A stretch of 64,000 nt of DNA from Gammaproteobacteria bacterium (GCA_963422205.2 CAXMWX010000012.1:96001-160000), one strand, 5' to 3'. Shown: positions 42,361-53,144, counted from the stretch's first letter. The notes: a model not told the origin generated them from the sequence alone. Numbers and translations: made by a program.

Positions 42361-44298
42361 TTACTTCTTCTCATCGTTGACCTCTTCGAATTCGGCATCA
42401 ACCACATCGCCCTCGGCCTTGTTATTGTCATTATCGGCTGCTGCGCCCGCCGCCTGCCCGGCGCCCGCCGCATCGCCTTGCGCCTGCTGATAGGCTTTTT
42501 CCGCCAGCTTGCCAGCGGCTGTGGTCAACTGCCGGGTCTTCTCCTCGATCAGCGCCTGATCATCGGTCTTTATCGCCTCTTCCAATTCGCCTATCGCTGC
42601 CTCGATCGCCTGCTTCTCCTCAGCCTCTACCTTGTCGGCTAACTCATCCAGCGACTTCCTGGTAGCATGGATCATGTTCTCTGCGGTATTACGCGCCTCG
42701 ATCAGCGCCCGGGTCTTGCGATCCTCCTCGGCATGGGCCTCGGCATCCCGCACCATATTCTCGATCTCCGCATCAGACAAGCCGCTGGATGCCTTGATGA
42801 TGATCGACTGCTCCTTGCCCGTGGCCTTGTCTTTGGCGGATACATTCAAAATCCCGTTCGCATCAATATCGAAGGTGACTTCTATTTGCGGTGCGCCGCG
42901 CGGGGCCGGCGGGATATCGGACAGATCAAACCGCCCCAGCGATTTGTTACCGGACGCCATTTCGCGCTCGCCCTGCAACACATGCACGGTGACCGCCGTT
43001 TGATTATCCTCGGCCGTTGAGAAGACCTGCTGGGCATTGGTCGGGATGGTGGTGTTCTTCTCGATCAACTTGGTCATCACGCCGCCCAGAGTCTCGATGC
43101 CCAGCGATAGCGGCGTGACATCCAGAAGCAACACGTCCTTGACATCGCCGCCCAGCACGCCGGCCTGAATCGCAGCACCAGCGGCCACCGCCTCGTCCGG
43201 GTTGACATCTTTGCGCGGCTCTTTGCCGAAAAACGTCTGCACCTGCTCCTGCACCTTGGGCATACGGGTCTGCCCGCCCACCATGATCACATCGGTGACA
43301 TCACCGGCCGACAGGCTGGCATCCTCCAGCGCCTGCTTGCAGGGGGCGATGGTGCGAGTAATCAAGTCATCCACCAAGGACTCCAGCTTGGCACGGCTGA
43401 GTTTCAGGTTCAGATGCTTGGGCCCGCTGGCATCGGCGGTGATGTACGGCAGATTCACATCGGTCTGCTGGCTGGAGGATAATTCAATCTTGGCCTTCTC
43501 GGCCGCCTCCTTCAGGCGCTGTAATGCCAGCGGATCGTTGTGCAGATCAATGCCCTGCTGCCGCTTGAACTCATCACACAGGTAATCAATGATACGCAGA
43601 TCAAAGTCCTCGCCGCCGAGAAAAGTATCGCCGTTGGTGGACAGCACTTCGAACTGATGCTCGCCATCAACCTCGGCGATCTCGATGATGGAGATATCGA
43701 ACGTACCGCCACCCAGATCATACACCGCAATGCGGGCATCGCCGTGTTTCTTGTCCATGCCATAGGCTAATGCGGCAGCGGTTGGCTCGTTGATGATGCG
43801 CTTGACCTCAAGGCCGGCGATCTTGCCGGCATCTTTGGTGGCCTGGCGCTGTGAGTCGTTAAAGTACGCCGGCACGGTAATGACGGCTTCTCGCAATTCT
43901 TCACCCAGGTAGTCCTCGGCCGTCTTTTTCATCTTCATCAAGACCCGGGCGGAGATCTCCGGCGGGGCCAGCTTCTTGCCGTTGACTTCAACCCAGGCAT
44001 CGCCGTTATCGGCCTTGACGATCTTGTACGGCACCATGTTGATGTCTTTTTGCACGATCTCATCTTCAAAGCGACGGCCGATCAGGCGCTTCACTGCAAA
44101 CAAGGTGTTGTCGGGGTTGGTCACGGCCTGGCGCTTCGCCGATTGACCGACCAGTACCTCATCACCATCTGCAAAGGCCACGATTGAGGGGGTGGTACGC
44201 CCACCTTCGCTGTTCTCGATCACCTTTGCCTCGCCACCTTCCAGCACAGCCACGCATGAGTTGGTTGTACCCAAATCAATACCGATTATTTTAGCCAT
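42361..44298 (-). CDS. dnaK: Chaperone DnaK
   Basis: [18 protein letters not shown]-terminal DAEFEEV. Confidence 0.99.
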   Translation of the reverse strand: MAKIIGIDLGTTNSCVAVLEGGEAKVIENSEGGRTTPSIVAFADGDEVLVGQSAKRQAVTNPDNTLFAVKRLIGRRFEDEIVQKDINMVPYKIVKADNGDAWVEVNGKKLAPPEISARVLMKMKKTAEDYLGEELREAVITVPAYFNDSQRQATKDAGKIAGLEVKRIINEPTAAALAYGMDKKHGDARIAVYDLGGGTFDISIIEIAEVDGEHQFEVLSTNGDTFLGGEDFDLRIIDYLCDEFKRQQGIDLHNDPLALQRLKEAAEKAKIELSSSQQTDVNLPYITADASGPKHLNLKLSRAKLESLVDDLITRTIAPCKQALEDASLSAGDVTDVIMVGGQTRMPKVQEQVQTFFGKEPRKDVNPDEAVAAGAAIQAGVLGGDVKDVLLLDVTPLSLGIETLGGVMTKLIEKNTTIPTNAQQVFSTAEDNQTAVTVHVLQGEREMASGNKSLGRFDLSDIPPAPRGAPQIEVTFDIDANGILNVSAKDKATGKEQSIIIKASSGLSDAEIENMVRDAEAHAEEDRKTRALIEARNTAENMIHATRKSLDELADKVEAEEKQAIEAAIGELEEAIKTDDQALIEEKTRQLTTAAGKLAEKAYQQAQGDAAGAGQAAGAAADNDNNKAEGDVVDAEFEEVNDEKK

Positions 44299-44366
44299 GT
44301 AATCAACTCCGAGATTCTTAACACATTGAAATGATAAAAATTTTAATCGCTCACATCGTTCAGCCT

Positions 44367-44395
44367 ATATGCGGGTGAGGCGGTGGTATTTCAAG
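44367..44395 (-). promoter_or_regulatory. Sigma32 promoter of dnaK
   Basis: Minus strand CTTGAA-N15-CCGCATAT. Confidence 0.65.
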
Positions 44396-44444
44396 CCTGC
44401 CGGGCAATATTGCCGCCGCCATCCGCCTTAACTATTCTGTCGCC

Positions 44445-45080
44445 TTACTTCGCCACCACCACCATCGCCGGGCGCAACAGGCGACCATTGAGATCGTAGC
44501 CTTTTTGCATCACCCGGATGACCTTGCCGGACTCCACGCCCTCTTGTTCTATCACAGAAACTGCCTCATGAAATTGCGGATCAAATCTCTCCCCCAGCGG
44601 ATCATGCGCCACCACGCCAGACTTCTCCAGGCAATCACCGAACATCTTCAAGGTCAAGTCCATGCCCTCTTTCAAGCCCTCTACACTGTCGGCATTGTCG
44701 GCCGATTCTGTGGCATTGATACCAAGCTGCATACTGTCCATCACAGGCAGCAGGGCCTGGACGAATTTCTCCAAGGCATATTTATGGGCATTTTCTATAT
44801 CGCGGGAAGTGCGCTTGCGGACATTATCCAACTCGGCCGTGGCGCGCACGGCCTTGTCAAGATTCTCCTGCTCTTTTAACTCCAGGCTCTGCACCTTTAA
44901 CTTCAGGCTTTCGATCTCCGCTAACAAGGCATCACCGGCATCGCTGGCCTCATCAACCTCATGGGGCTTGCCATCCTCCGGGTCGGCGGCCATCTCAGTG
45001 TCAAGCGTCGCTGGCTCGATCACCTCCTGCAAGGGCGCTTGCTCTTCCTCAGCAATCTGTTTGCTCTCTTCTTCAGTCAT
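44445..45080 (-). CDS. grpE: Nucleotide exchange factor GrpE
   Basis: AELDNVRKR, FDPQFHEA, QKGY.LNGRLLRPAMVVV. Confidence 0.97.
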   Translation of the reverse strand: MTEEESKQIAEEEQAPLQEVIEPATLDTEMAADPEDGKPHEVDEASDAGDALLAEIESLKLKVQSLELKEQENLDKAVRATAELDNVRKRTSRDIENAHKYALEKFVQALLPVMDSMQLGINATESADNADSVEGLKEGMDLTLKMFGDCLEKSGVVAHDPLGERFDPQFHEAVSVIEQEGVESGKVIRVMQKGYDLNGRLLRPAMVVVAK

Positions 45081-45147
45081 GTATCTACCTGATTATGATA
45101 GGGAAAGTATCCTGATTTTATTCGGGGGCGCGGTGCCTTGTCAGGCT

Positions 45148-45175
45148 AGGTGGGGGCTAGGCCGTGGAATTCAAG
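45148..45175 (-). promoter_or_regulatory. Sigma32 promoter of grpE, overlapping the hrcA 3' end
   Basis: Minus strand CTTGAA-N14-CCCCACCT. Confidence 0.6.
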
Positions 45176-46215
45176 GCAGAGCCGAGCATTTTTGCAGTGA
45201 TGTTGACGATTGGGATGACGCGCTCATAATCCATGCGTGTTGGCCCGATCACACCCAGCACACCGACGATCTCGCCATCCACCTCATACGGCGAGGTCAC
45301 CACGCTGCACCCATCCAATACCTCATAATCGGACTCCTCACCGATAAATATCTGCACCCCCTTGGCTTGGATCGAATTCTCCAGTATATGCAGCAGGTCG
45401 CGCTTTCTGTTAAACGTATCAAACAAACGCTTCAGCTTCTCCAAATCGCCCAGATCGGCCACCCCCATCAGGTTGGTCTGGCCAGACATGATGTAATCAT
45501 CCTGCTTGCCGCTGCTGTCGGTGAAGGCGTACTGTGCCATTTCAATCGCACTTTGCATCATGCTGTTGACCGCTTCCTTGACCTGTCGCAGCTCGGCGAG
45601 CAACTCCTGGCGCACCGTATCAAGGTCTTTGCCGCCGAAGCTGGAATTTAAGTAATTGGCGGCCTCTTGCAGCTCTGCCTGCGTGAATGTGCGCTCGGTG
45701 TGGATGATACGATTTTGGATTTCATTGTTGCTCATCACCAGTATCACCAAGATGCGATTATCCCCAAGCGCAACGAATTCAATCTGTTGCAGGGCTGTCT
45801 GGGTCGTGCGCGGCAGCATCACCACCCCCGCCAGGCTGGTGATTTCGGACAGCATACTGGAGGTTCGCTCCATCAGCATCTGCTTGTCCTTGCTGGCCGC
45901 CAACATGTTGGCAATTTCCTGCACTTGTTCATCATTGAGCCGATCAATGCGTAACAGACTGTCCACAAACAGGCGATACCCTTTGACCGTCGGCACCCGC
46001 CCGGCGGAAGTATGCGGCGAGTGCAGCAGACCCAGGTCTTCCAGGTCGGCCATCACGTTGCGGATGGTCGCCGGGCTAAGGTTGAGTTTCATATCCCGTG
46101 CCAGGGTGCGAGACCCGACCGGCAGACCATCATGGATGAAGTGTTCCACCAGCGACTTAAATAAAAACAGGCTGCGCTCATTTAAATCGTAGGCATTCGC
46201 TGGGGCATCGCTCAT
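45157..46215 (-). CDS. hrcA: Heat-inducible transcription repressor HrcA
   Basis: PVGSRTL, SPATIRNVMADLE, PHTSAGRVPT..GYR, GVIGPTRMDY. Confidence 0.97.
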   Translation of the reverse strand: MSDAPANAYDLNERSLFLFKSLVEHFIHDGLPVGSRTLARDMKLNLSPATIRNVMADLEDLGLLHSPHTSAGRVPTVKGYRLFVDSLLRIDRLNDEQVQEIANMLAASKDKQMLMERTSSMLSEITSLAGVVMLPRTTQTALQQIEFVALGDNRILVILVMSNNEIQNRIIHTERTFTQAELQEAANYLNSSFGGKDLDTVRQELLAELRQVKEAVNSMMQSAIEMAQYAFTDSSGKQDDYIMSGQTNLMGVADLGDLEKLKRLFDTFNRKRDLLHILENSIQAKGVQIFIGEESDYEVLDGCSVVTSPYEVDGEIVGVLGVIGPTRMDYERVIPIVNITAKMLGSALNSTA

Positions 46216-46267
46216 CGGTTAAATATTGTCCAGTTTATTCGTAACAGTGCGGTAATTGGTTGAAAAT

Positions 46268-46294
46268 TTAGCACTCAAGTGACCGGAGTGCAAA
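46268..46294. promoter_or_regulatory. CIRCE element
   Basis: TTAGCACTC-AAGTGACCG-GAGTGCAAA, one mismatch to TTAGCACTC-N9-GAGTGCTAA. Confidence 0.9.
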
Positions 46295-46364
46295 ACGGGA
46301 TTGGCCGCTGCTTAAATAGCATGTTACTTTCTGCGCTTAAAAAACCACCAGAAACCGGATAACC

Positions 46365-47225
46365 ATGTTTAACAAGATTTTACTTATCACCAATAAAAGT
46401 GCGACCGAGGTCGTTGACACCCTGTCCAGCGTGATTGATTTTCTGCTATCACGGGAGATGGAGATCGTCCTTGATGAGTTCAGCGCCGCCCTGATCCCCA
46501 ACGCCAGCCTGCGGGTGACCGGCAAAGATGCCATTGATGCCGATTGCGACCTGGCGATTGCCATAGGCGGTGATGGCACCATGTTACGTGCTGCCCACCT
46601 GCTGGCCGACTATGACATTCCGCTGCTGGGCATCAACCGAGGTCGGCTGGGTTTTCTTGCCGATGTCCCGGCACATGCCATCACCGCCACCCTCAGTCAG
46701 GTATTGACCGGGGAGTATATTGAAGACATACGCTTTCAACTGTATTGCGAGGTCATCCGAAACGACAAACACCTGATGGAGACCCATGCCTTCAATGATG
46801 TGGTGATCCAGAAGGGCAATGTCGCCAAGCTGGTTGAGCTGGATACCTTTGTAAATGACGACCTGCTGCACCACCAGCGCTCGGATGGCATGATCATCGC
46901 CTCGCCCACCGGTTCAACCGCTTACGCCCTGTCCGGCGGCGGCCCGATTGTGCATCCTGATCTGGATGCGCTGGTACTCGTGCCTATCTGCCCGCACACA
47001 TTAAGTACGCGCCCGATCGTGGTTGATGGCAACAGCACCATCAAGGTGGTGCTGGTAACACAGCAGGTCGAAATCGCCAAACTCACCTGCGATGGTGAGA
47101 TCGTCTGCGAGCTGGATGTGGGCGATTTTGTTATCATCGAGAAAAGAAACCGCAAGATCCGGCTGATCCACCCGGTCGGCCATGATCATTTCAACATTCT
47201 CCGGGCAAAACTGGGCTGGGGTTGA
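46365..47225 (+). CDS. nadK: NAD kinase
   Basis: GGDGTML, GINRGRLGFL, FND, SPTGSTAYALSGGGP. Confidence 0.96.
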   Translation: MFNKILLITNKSATEVVDTLSSVIDFLLSREMEIVLDEFSAALIPNASLRVTGKDAIDADCDLAIAIGGDGTMLRAAHLLADYDIPLLGINRGRLGFLADVPAHAITATLSQVLTGEYIEDIRFQLYCEVIRNDKHLMETHAFNDVVIQKGNVAKLVELDTFVNDDLLHHQRSDGMIIASPTGSTAYALSGGGPIVHPDLDALVLVPICPHTLSTRPIVVDGNSTIKVVLVTQQVEIAKLTCDGEIVCELDVGDFVIIEKRNRKIRLIHPVGHDHFNILRAKLGWG

Positions 47226-47232
47226 GCCAGGC

Positions 47233-48909
47233 ATGTTAAAACGCATGCAAATCGCCAACCTGGCGGTGATCGATCATCTGGAGTTGAACTTTGCCTCCGG
47301 CATGACGGTGCTGACCGGTGAAACCGGTGCCGGTAAGTCTATCCTCATTGATGCGCTCGGCCTGATACTCGGCAACCGCGCCGATACCTCTGTGGTCAGA
47401 ACGGGCTGCGAGCGCACCGAAATCGTCGCCATTTTCTCCATTCCCCCGGGCTCACCTGCCGCCCGCCTGTTACAGGCACAATCCATCACCATGCAGGATG
47501 ATGAGCTTATGATCCGGCGGGTGGTAAACCGAGATAGCGGCTCCAGGGCCTATATCAATACAACGGCAGTACCGGTGCAATTACTGCGCGAACTCGGCGA
47601 GCACCTGATTGATATACATGGGCAACAGGCCAATCAGGCCCTGTTCAAGGCGGAGAACCTGCTGATGCTGCTGGATCGTTACAGTCATCATGCTGATCAA
47701 CTCGCCGAGGTGCAGGACTGCTACCACGCCTGGCAACAAATCAACAGGGAATTGCAGGGGCTGGCCAGTGATGCCGGAAAATTCAATGCACAGGTCTCAT
47801 TGCTGGAATATCAGCTTAAAGAGTTGGAAAATCTTGACCTGGAAGAGAATGAAGTGGAACAACTGGAAAACGACCATAAACGCCTGACCCACATCGAGCA
47901 GTTGCTGCACAGTACCCAGACTGCCCTGACCGATCTGGATGAGGGCGAGCATTCCATCAGCAACCGGCTGGGCGGCATCATGCGGGATCTGAATGCACTG
48001 GCATCGCACGATGCCAGGCTCGGCAGCATTAGCGGCCTGCTGGAACTGGCGCAGATCCAGATCGCAGAAGCCTGTACTGAAATGGAACATTATCTCAGTA
48101 CGCTGGAACAAAACCCCGAACAACTGCACAAACTGGAACAGCGTCTTGACCTGCTGCATGATGTGGCCCGGAAACATCATATCCATCCTGACCAGTTGTT
48201 ACCGCATTTTCAGTCGTTAAATAAAAAATGGCACGAGTTGCTGGATAACAAGCATCGTATCATGGCCCTGGAACAGCAACAGGCCAAGACCCTGCAACGT
48301 TACAAGACCTGCGCTGAAACACTGCACCAACTCAGAGAACAACAGGCGCGCAAAATGAGCGTAGCGATCAGCCGGCAGTTACAGCGCCTGGGTATGCCGG
48401 ACAGTCAGTTCACCGTCAAAGTCAATAAATTATCTGATCTTAAACCGCACCGTCACGGCATCAGTCAGGTCAATTTTTATTTCTCCGCCAATCCCGGCCA
48501 GGCGCCTCAGCCCATGCGTAAGGTCGCCTCTGGCGGTGAGTTATCGCGCATCAGCCTGGCGATTCAGATCAACGCCAGACAGGACAGGGTAACAGCCGGT
48601 ATGGTATTTGACGAGGTGGATGCGGGCATCGGCGGCGGCACGGCGGAGATCGTCGGCCAGCTACTGCATCGCCTGGCGGGTGATAATCAGGTGTTATGTG
48701 TCACGCACCTGCCGCAGGTCGCCTCGCAGGCAGACAATCACCTGCTGGTCAGCAAGCAGAACGAAGCTGGACATACCCACACCGCCGTGACCGTCTTGTC
48801 CAGGGCTGACCGGGTAGAGGAGATAGCACGTATGCTGGGCGGGGTGAAGATATCAGAGCAGACCCGGCATCATGCGATGGAGATGCTGGGGATAGGGCGC
48901 GGGAGTTGA
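47233..48909 (+). CDS. recN: DNA repair protein RecN
   Basis: TGETGAGKS, ASGGELSR, FDEVDAGIGG, VTHLPQVA. Confidence 0.97.
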   Translation: MLKRMQIANLAVIDHLELNFASGMTVLTGETGAGKSILIDALGLILGNRADTSVVRTGCERTEIVAIFSIPPGSPAARLLQAQSITMQDDELMIRRVVNRDSGSRAYINTTAVPVQLLRELGEHLIDIHGQQANQALFKAENLLMLLDRYSHHADQLAEVQDCYHAWQQINRELQGLASDAGKFNAQVSLLEYQLKELENLDLEENEVEQLENDHKRLTHIEQLLHSTQTALTDLDEGEHSISNRLGGIMRDLNALASHDARLGSISGLLELAQIQIAEACTEMEHYLSTLEQNPEQLHKLEQRLDLLHDVARKHHIHPDQLLPHFQSLNKKWHELLDNKHRIMALEQQQAKTLQRYKTCAETLHQLREQQARKMSVAISRQLQRLGMPDSQFTVKVNKLSDLKPHRHGISQVNFYFSANPGQAPQPMRKVASGGELSRISLAIQINARQDRVTAGMVFDEVDAGIGGGTAEIVGQLLHRLAGDNQVLCVTHLPQVASQADNHLLVSKQNEAGHTHTAVTVLSRADRVEEIARMLGGVKISEQTRHHAMEMLGIGRGS

Positions 48910-48976
48910 ATTTCCTCTTAACCGCCATTATGTCCACACACAGACGGCGGCGAGAAGAACTCTGGCAGGGCTATCC

Positions 48977-49363
48977 TCAGCCGCCCGCATCGCCTTCGGG
49001 TGAATTGGGACGACCATCGGCCAAAGGCACGCTGGCAGGGGCATCAGCCCTGGCACCTGCTGGCCTCATGGCATCGCCACCTTCCTGAAATCGGGCATAA
49101 TCAATGCCATTAACAATAATGCCAGCCCTGGCCAGGGCGACCAGCATTCTATTCTGGTTTGCCTTTGTCACTTTCAAGTCTGCCCTGATCTCGGCGACCT
49201 CCTGGGCAATGTGGTGAACACCAAGGCGCAGTTCAACATAACCGGCGATGACCGCCGCCGCAGCAATCACCATCGGCCAGTATTTCTGTATATTTTGCAA
49301 TAAGCTGTCCATGACCTCTGCCTTTGGTAAGCCCGGCGGTGCTGTCTCTTCAATGGCGAACAT
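48977..49363 (-). CDS. Hypothetical single-TM, coiled-coil protein
   Basis: Hydrophobic WPMVIAAAAVIAGYV followed by a heptad-like segment. Confidence 0.5.
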   Translation of the reverse strand: MFAIEETAPPGLPKAEVMDSLLQNIQKYWPMVIAAAAVIAGYVELRLGVHHIAQEVAEIRADLKVTKANQNRMLVALARAGIIVNGIDYARFQEGGDAMRPAGARADAPASVPLADGRPNSPEGDAGG

Positions 49364-49480
49364 GGCGGTAGGCCCCGCATATCTTGCCTGCTTGGTAAAA
49401 ACATAGCATCAACAAGGCCCCTCAGCAAGTTTCGGCACAATCTTTGACCACCGTCCAGACATGGCATTAAGGCGAAGAAA

Positions 49481-49879
49481 CTACTTGGGCTTCACATACA
49501 GCACCAGGCTGTGATCCACCAACTCATACCCATGCGCCTCAGCGATCTTGTGTTGCAGGGTTTCAATCTCCTCGTTTTCAAACTCGATCACCTGGCCGGT
49601 CTCGGTACACACCATGTGGTCATGATGCTTGCCACGATCCAACTCAAACACCGAGTGACCCGAATCAAAATTATGCCGTATGACCAGGCCGGCTGACTCA
49701 AACTGAGTCAACACCCGATACACGGTCGCCAGCCCGACATCCTCGCCCGCCTGCAACAGCGCCTTGTAGACGCCTTCAGCACTGACATGTTTCTGATCGG
49801 AACTCTCCAGAATTTCCAGGATGCGAAGCCGCGGCAAGGTGGCCTTGAGGCCGGCTTGTCTGAGATCAACGGATTCCAT
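49481..49879 (-). CDS. fur: Ferric uptake regulator
   Basis: GLKATLPRLRIL, GLATVYRVLTQFE, HHDHMVC. Confidence 0.97.
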   Translation of the reverse strand: MESVDLRQAGLKATLPRLRILEILESSDQKHVSAEGVYKALLQAGEDVGLATVYRVLTQFESAGLVIRHNFDSGHSVFELDRGKHHDHMVCTETGQVIEFENEEIETLQHKIAEAHGYELVDHSLVLYVKPK

Positions 49880-50025
49880 GGTGATATTGTTCAGCGTTAT
49901 GGTGTTCGGATTGTAATTTTCAGCAACTGCGTTACTATGCCAGATTCTATGAGTATACTGCATATCGCTTGCGTTTATCTACACCCACAGCAACAACACA
50001 AACCACATTCAACCCGTTGTTTTAT

Positions 50026-50622
50026 ATGATATTCAACACAACGAACCCGAATCTGTACGGGCTGCTGATCAGCGCTGGCATTGCCAGTGTGACCCTGGGC
50101 GGCTGTGCAAAAGAGGGGGATTTCAAGCTGCCTGGGGTATATCGCATCAACGTACAACAGGGCAACGTGATTGAACAGGAGATGCTGCTCAAGCTGAAAC
50201 CGGGGATGGACAAGAACCAGGTGAAGTTTATCCTGGGAACGCCAGTGCTTGTCGATCCGTTTCGCAGTAACCGTTGGGAATATGTCTACACCTTATCCCG
50301 TGGCGGGCAGGTACGGCAGCAGCGCCACCTGACAGTCTATTTTGAAGAGGGCAAACTGGCCTACGTAGCGGGGGATGTCGTCCCCGGCACGGTGCGTGAT
50401 GAGGTGATCGCACCTGCCAGCCAGGCCCGGACAGTTGAAGTCCCGCTGCAAAAGCAAAAAGACAAAGGCTTTTTCCGCACCCTGTTTACGCTGCTGCCCT
50501 TTATTGATGATGAGGCTAAGAAACCTGCTGCCACAGCAACCGGGAGCAGCGCTGTTAAGGCAACACAAAACACGCCAGACAGCGAGCAGGAACAGACCAG
50601 GACGCCCGAAGCCCCTAGATAA
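50026..50622 (+). CDS. bamE: Outer membrane protein assembly factor BamE
   Basis: Lipobox LGGC; YRINVQQGN, GMDKNQV.FILGTP, RWEY; divergent from fur. Confidence 0.92.
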   Translation: MIFNTTNPNLYGLLISAGIASVTLGGCAKEGDFKLPGVYRINVQQGNVIEQEMLLKLKPGMDKNQVKFILGTPVLVDPFRSNRWEYVYTLSRGGQVRQQRHLTVYFEEGKLAYVAGDVVPGTVRDEVIAPASQARTVEVPLQKQKDKGFFRTLFTLLPFIDDEAKKPAATATGSSAVKATQNTPDSEQEQTRTPEAPR

Positions 50623-50690
50623 AACCGACATGCTGAATAAACCTCCTGATCCGAGATGTTATAAATAGGGTACTGAAAACATGGTAATTA

Positions 50691-50723
50691 CGTTATGAGG
50701 CGTTATGAAGCGTTAAGAAACGT
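50691..50723. repeat. Tandem 10-bp repeats near the prophage end
   Basis: CGTTATGAGG CGTTATGAAG CGTTAAGAAA CGT. Confidence 0.6.
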
Positions 50724-50764
50724 GGCCGAATTTTGAAATGATTTCAGGTATTTTGAAAAACAAT

Positions 50765-51262
50765 TCACGCCTTGTTTTCGGCCCTTTTGAGTATCTGCTG
50801 GAGGCGATGATAGCCGATCCCGTATTTCAGGCACAGTTCTCTTTTCTTTTCCTGGGTGCCATCAAACTCGCTACAGATTGCCCTATCCCGTTCGGTATAG
50901 TAGTCGGCTTCCAGTTTTCGGATATAGACGGGTTGCGAAGCTAACAGGTGGCGTGTCTGCTCGGTCAGTTCTGCTGCCGCCTGTGTTGCTTCGGTCTGAC
51001 TGAGGCCGGCCTGCTGGAAGGCATCGGCGGCGGTATTGGTCACATCGGCCAGGAAGTTGTCACCGGTATTGGCGGCGGCTTTATCATGCGGTACGGCGGA
51101 TTTAAGATACACCGGCTGACCGCCCCAGAGGATACGGACACGTTCACAGATAGCCTTAGCAGCTTCCTTGGCCTTGATGCCATTCAGTCTTTTGTCATCG
51201 GCGATGACCTGTTCGGCGAGTTCGGCCAGGTCATGCAGGATATCCTCTCGTTCAGTCATCAT
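50765..51262 (-). CDS. Mor/C-family transcription activator with duplicated N-terminal domain
   Basis: WGGQPVYL and ASQPVYIR; C-terminal RDRAI..EFDG...EL..KYG....LQQIL HTH. Confidence 0.85.
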   Translation of the reverse strand: MMTEREDILHDLAELAEQVIADDKRLNGIKAKEAAKAICERVRILWGGQPVYLKSAVPHDKAAANTGDNFLADVTNTAADAFQQAGLSQTEATQAAAELTEQTRHLLASQPVYIRKLEADYYTERDRAICSEFDGTQEKKRELCLKYGIGYHRLQQILKRAENKA

Positions 51263-51833
51263 CGTTGGTGCGTATGTCAAGCTGCTCATTCAGGCGTTCA
51301 ATTTGGCGTTTCAGTGCTTCTGTGGGCGCCATGTCGTAGAGTTGGGTAAAATGTCTAAGGTCAGCGTTTAGGGCTTGAATATGGGCATTGTGTGCGCCCT
51401 GCTGGCTTGTTGGGCGATGCCGGCGTTGCGCCTCGCGCTGGCGTTCAGCTTCGGCCTCGGCTTTATCGGCCAGTCCGGATAGGACATCCAGCAGGTAGCC
51501 ATGCGATTTAAGCGGCAGGGTGAAGGTATGACGGCGATCAATCACATCCTGCAAGGCCTGTTGCCAGTGTGTTTGTAAAACCGCCCAGGGGCGTCCTCTG
51601 CAGCTAATCTGGCCGCTTTTGATGGCGGGGAGCAGTTCACTTAACAGGGTATGGGTACGCCGCCAGGTGAGGCCGGCCTTGGGTGGCTTGAACAGGGACA
51701 GGTATTCCAGCAGTAAGGGCGTCAGCTTGGGCGGTAGCTCTCCCAGCAGCGCCGCCACCCGGCGGGCATCGCTATCATTCATGCCTGCGATCAGGGGGAA
51801 CTTAATCGCACAGTTCGGGCAGGTGATGTCCAT
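51252..51833 (-). CDS. Conserved Mu-like phage protein
   Basis: CPNC, YL.LFKP..L.W and PLKSHGYL motifs. Confidence 0.7.
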   Translation of the reverse strand: MDITCPNCAIKFPLIAGMNDSDARRVAALLGELPPKLTPLLLEYLSLFKPPKAGLTWRRTHTLLSELLPAIKSGQISCRGRPWAVLQTHWQQALQDVIDRRHTFTLPLKSHGYLLDVLSGLADKAEAEAERQREAQRRHRPTSQQGAHNAHIQALNADLRHFTQLYDMAPTEALKRQIERLNEQLDIRTNDDD

Positions 51834-51835
51834 GC

Positions 51836-52264
51836 TTACTTCTCTCGGCCATGCCGCCTGGCATCATAAGCCAGGGCTGCCACGATGCGGTGTAACTGAT
51901 CGGGTTGGCAGAATTCCAGCTTGTCCACACGGAACATGTGTCGGGCCATTGCATGGGCATAGTTCCAGGGGCGTTTGGCCTCGGCCAGTTGTGCTTCTAT
52001 TTTCTTGAGTAGTCGCCCCCGCTCGGCGCTGTTGATGTTATGTGGCCGGCCTGGGTAGCTGTGTTTGGCTTTGAAGCCCACAGCACGCAGATGGTCAAGG
52101 ACTTTATGGCGTCCGGCGTGATCTAAGTCCTTGGCGGAGCGCACGCGGGCAATAGCAAAGAGCATATCTCGGTAGGTATCCTCATCCATACCGAGTTGCT
52201 TTTTAGCGATATGGATTTTAGCGAGTTCCGCATTGCGGGTAGGGTATTGTCGTTTACCACTCAT
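51836..52264 (-). CDS. gemA: GemA/gp16 (DUF1018) family protein
   Basis: LAKIHIAKKQLGMDEDTYR.ML...SAKDL. Confidence 0.85.
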   Translation of the reverse strand: MSGKRQYPTRNAELAKIHIAKKQLGMDEDTYRDMLFAIARVRSAKDLDHAGRHKVLDHLRAVGFKAKHSYPGRPHNINSAERGRLLKKIEAQLAEAKRPWNYAHAMARHMFRVDKLEFCQPDQLHRIVAALAYDARRHGREK

Positions 52265-53135
52265 CGGGGAACTCCTGAATGCGAAGGTGCGCTGGCCACT
52301 CGGCCGGGCTGCTTCCTTTTTTATCAAACGTAATTATGACCCCGCCATGACATATTGGGTTTGTTCCCACCTGCTTGACAAACACAGGCACACTGGCGGT
52401 CTGGCATTGCTGAACGATGTCCGCTATCCACTCGATAGCGCAGGGGCGTACCTTGCCCTTAGCTCCGGACTCACCGCCGACAATCACCCAGTCGATGTCT
52501 TCCAATAATGACGTCAGGTTAATCGGCTCCAGCAGGGGTTCGGTGCTGATAAAGCGCAGCGCCGCTGCTGTTTCCACAAGCAAGGGAATGCGCTCGTCAG
52601 CCGCCGCTTGCGTGCCTGCCGAGACCCCCAGCCAGACATTCGGGAGCGGCCAGTACGCCGCAGACGGATAACGCGCATAGTTCTCATCATAGCCCGTCTC
52701 AAATAAGGTGGTCGTATCTCAGGCATTCGGCCTGATAGCCAGTATCTCATCCACCAGCCGTACTTGGGTGTCATCATCATTGATATACTCACGCATCCTC
52801 ATCGGGCGCTTGGTTAGGATTTGGAAGCTGTGATAGTGATCGACAGCCATGACCTCGAATACCTTGTCGATAAACGCATCCGGCACATCATCATGGAACA
52901 GGTCACTCATGGAGTTGACAAATACCTTTAACGGACGTTTGACTTTCAAGGGTTGCATTAGCCGCTCAGGGTGGCATTTGACCTCGGTGAACTTGCGATC
53001 AGGGTAAGGCCGTCTGAACTGCCGCTCGGCATAACAGTGTTTACACTCAGCACTCACCTTGGTGCAGCCAGTAACGGGGTTCCAGGTGGCATCTGTCCAG
53101 GCGATGCCTTTGTTAGTTTGAGGGTAGATGTTCAT
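52254..53135 (-). pseudogene. DUF5131 (Gp37/Gp68) radical-SAM-like protein with in-frame TGA
   Basis: TWNPVTGCTKVSAECKHCYA, FVNSMSDLFH, LTKRP, PNVWLGVS, EPLL and WVIVGGESG; TGA at 52719-52721 with both halves in the same frame. Confidence 0.85.
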
Positions 53136-53144
53136 GCTGCCTTC

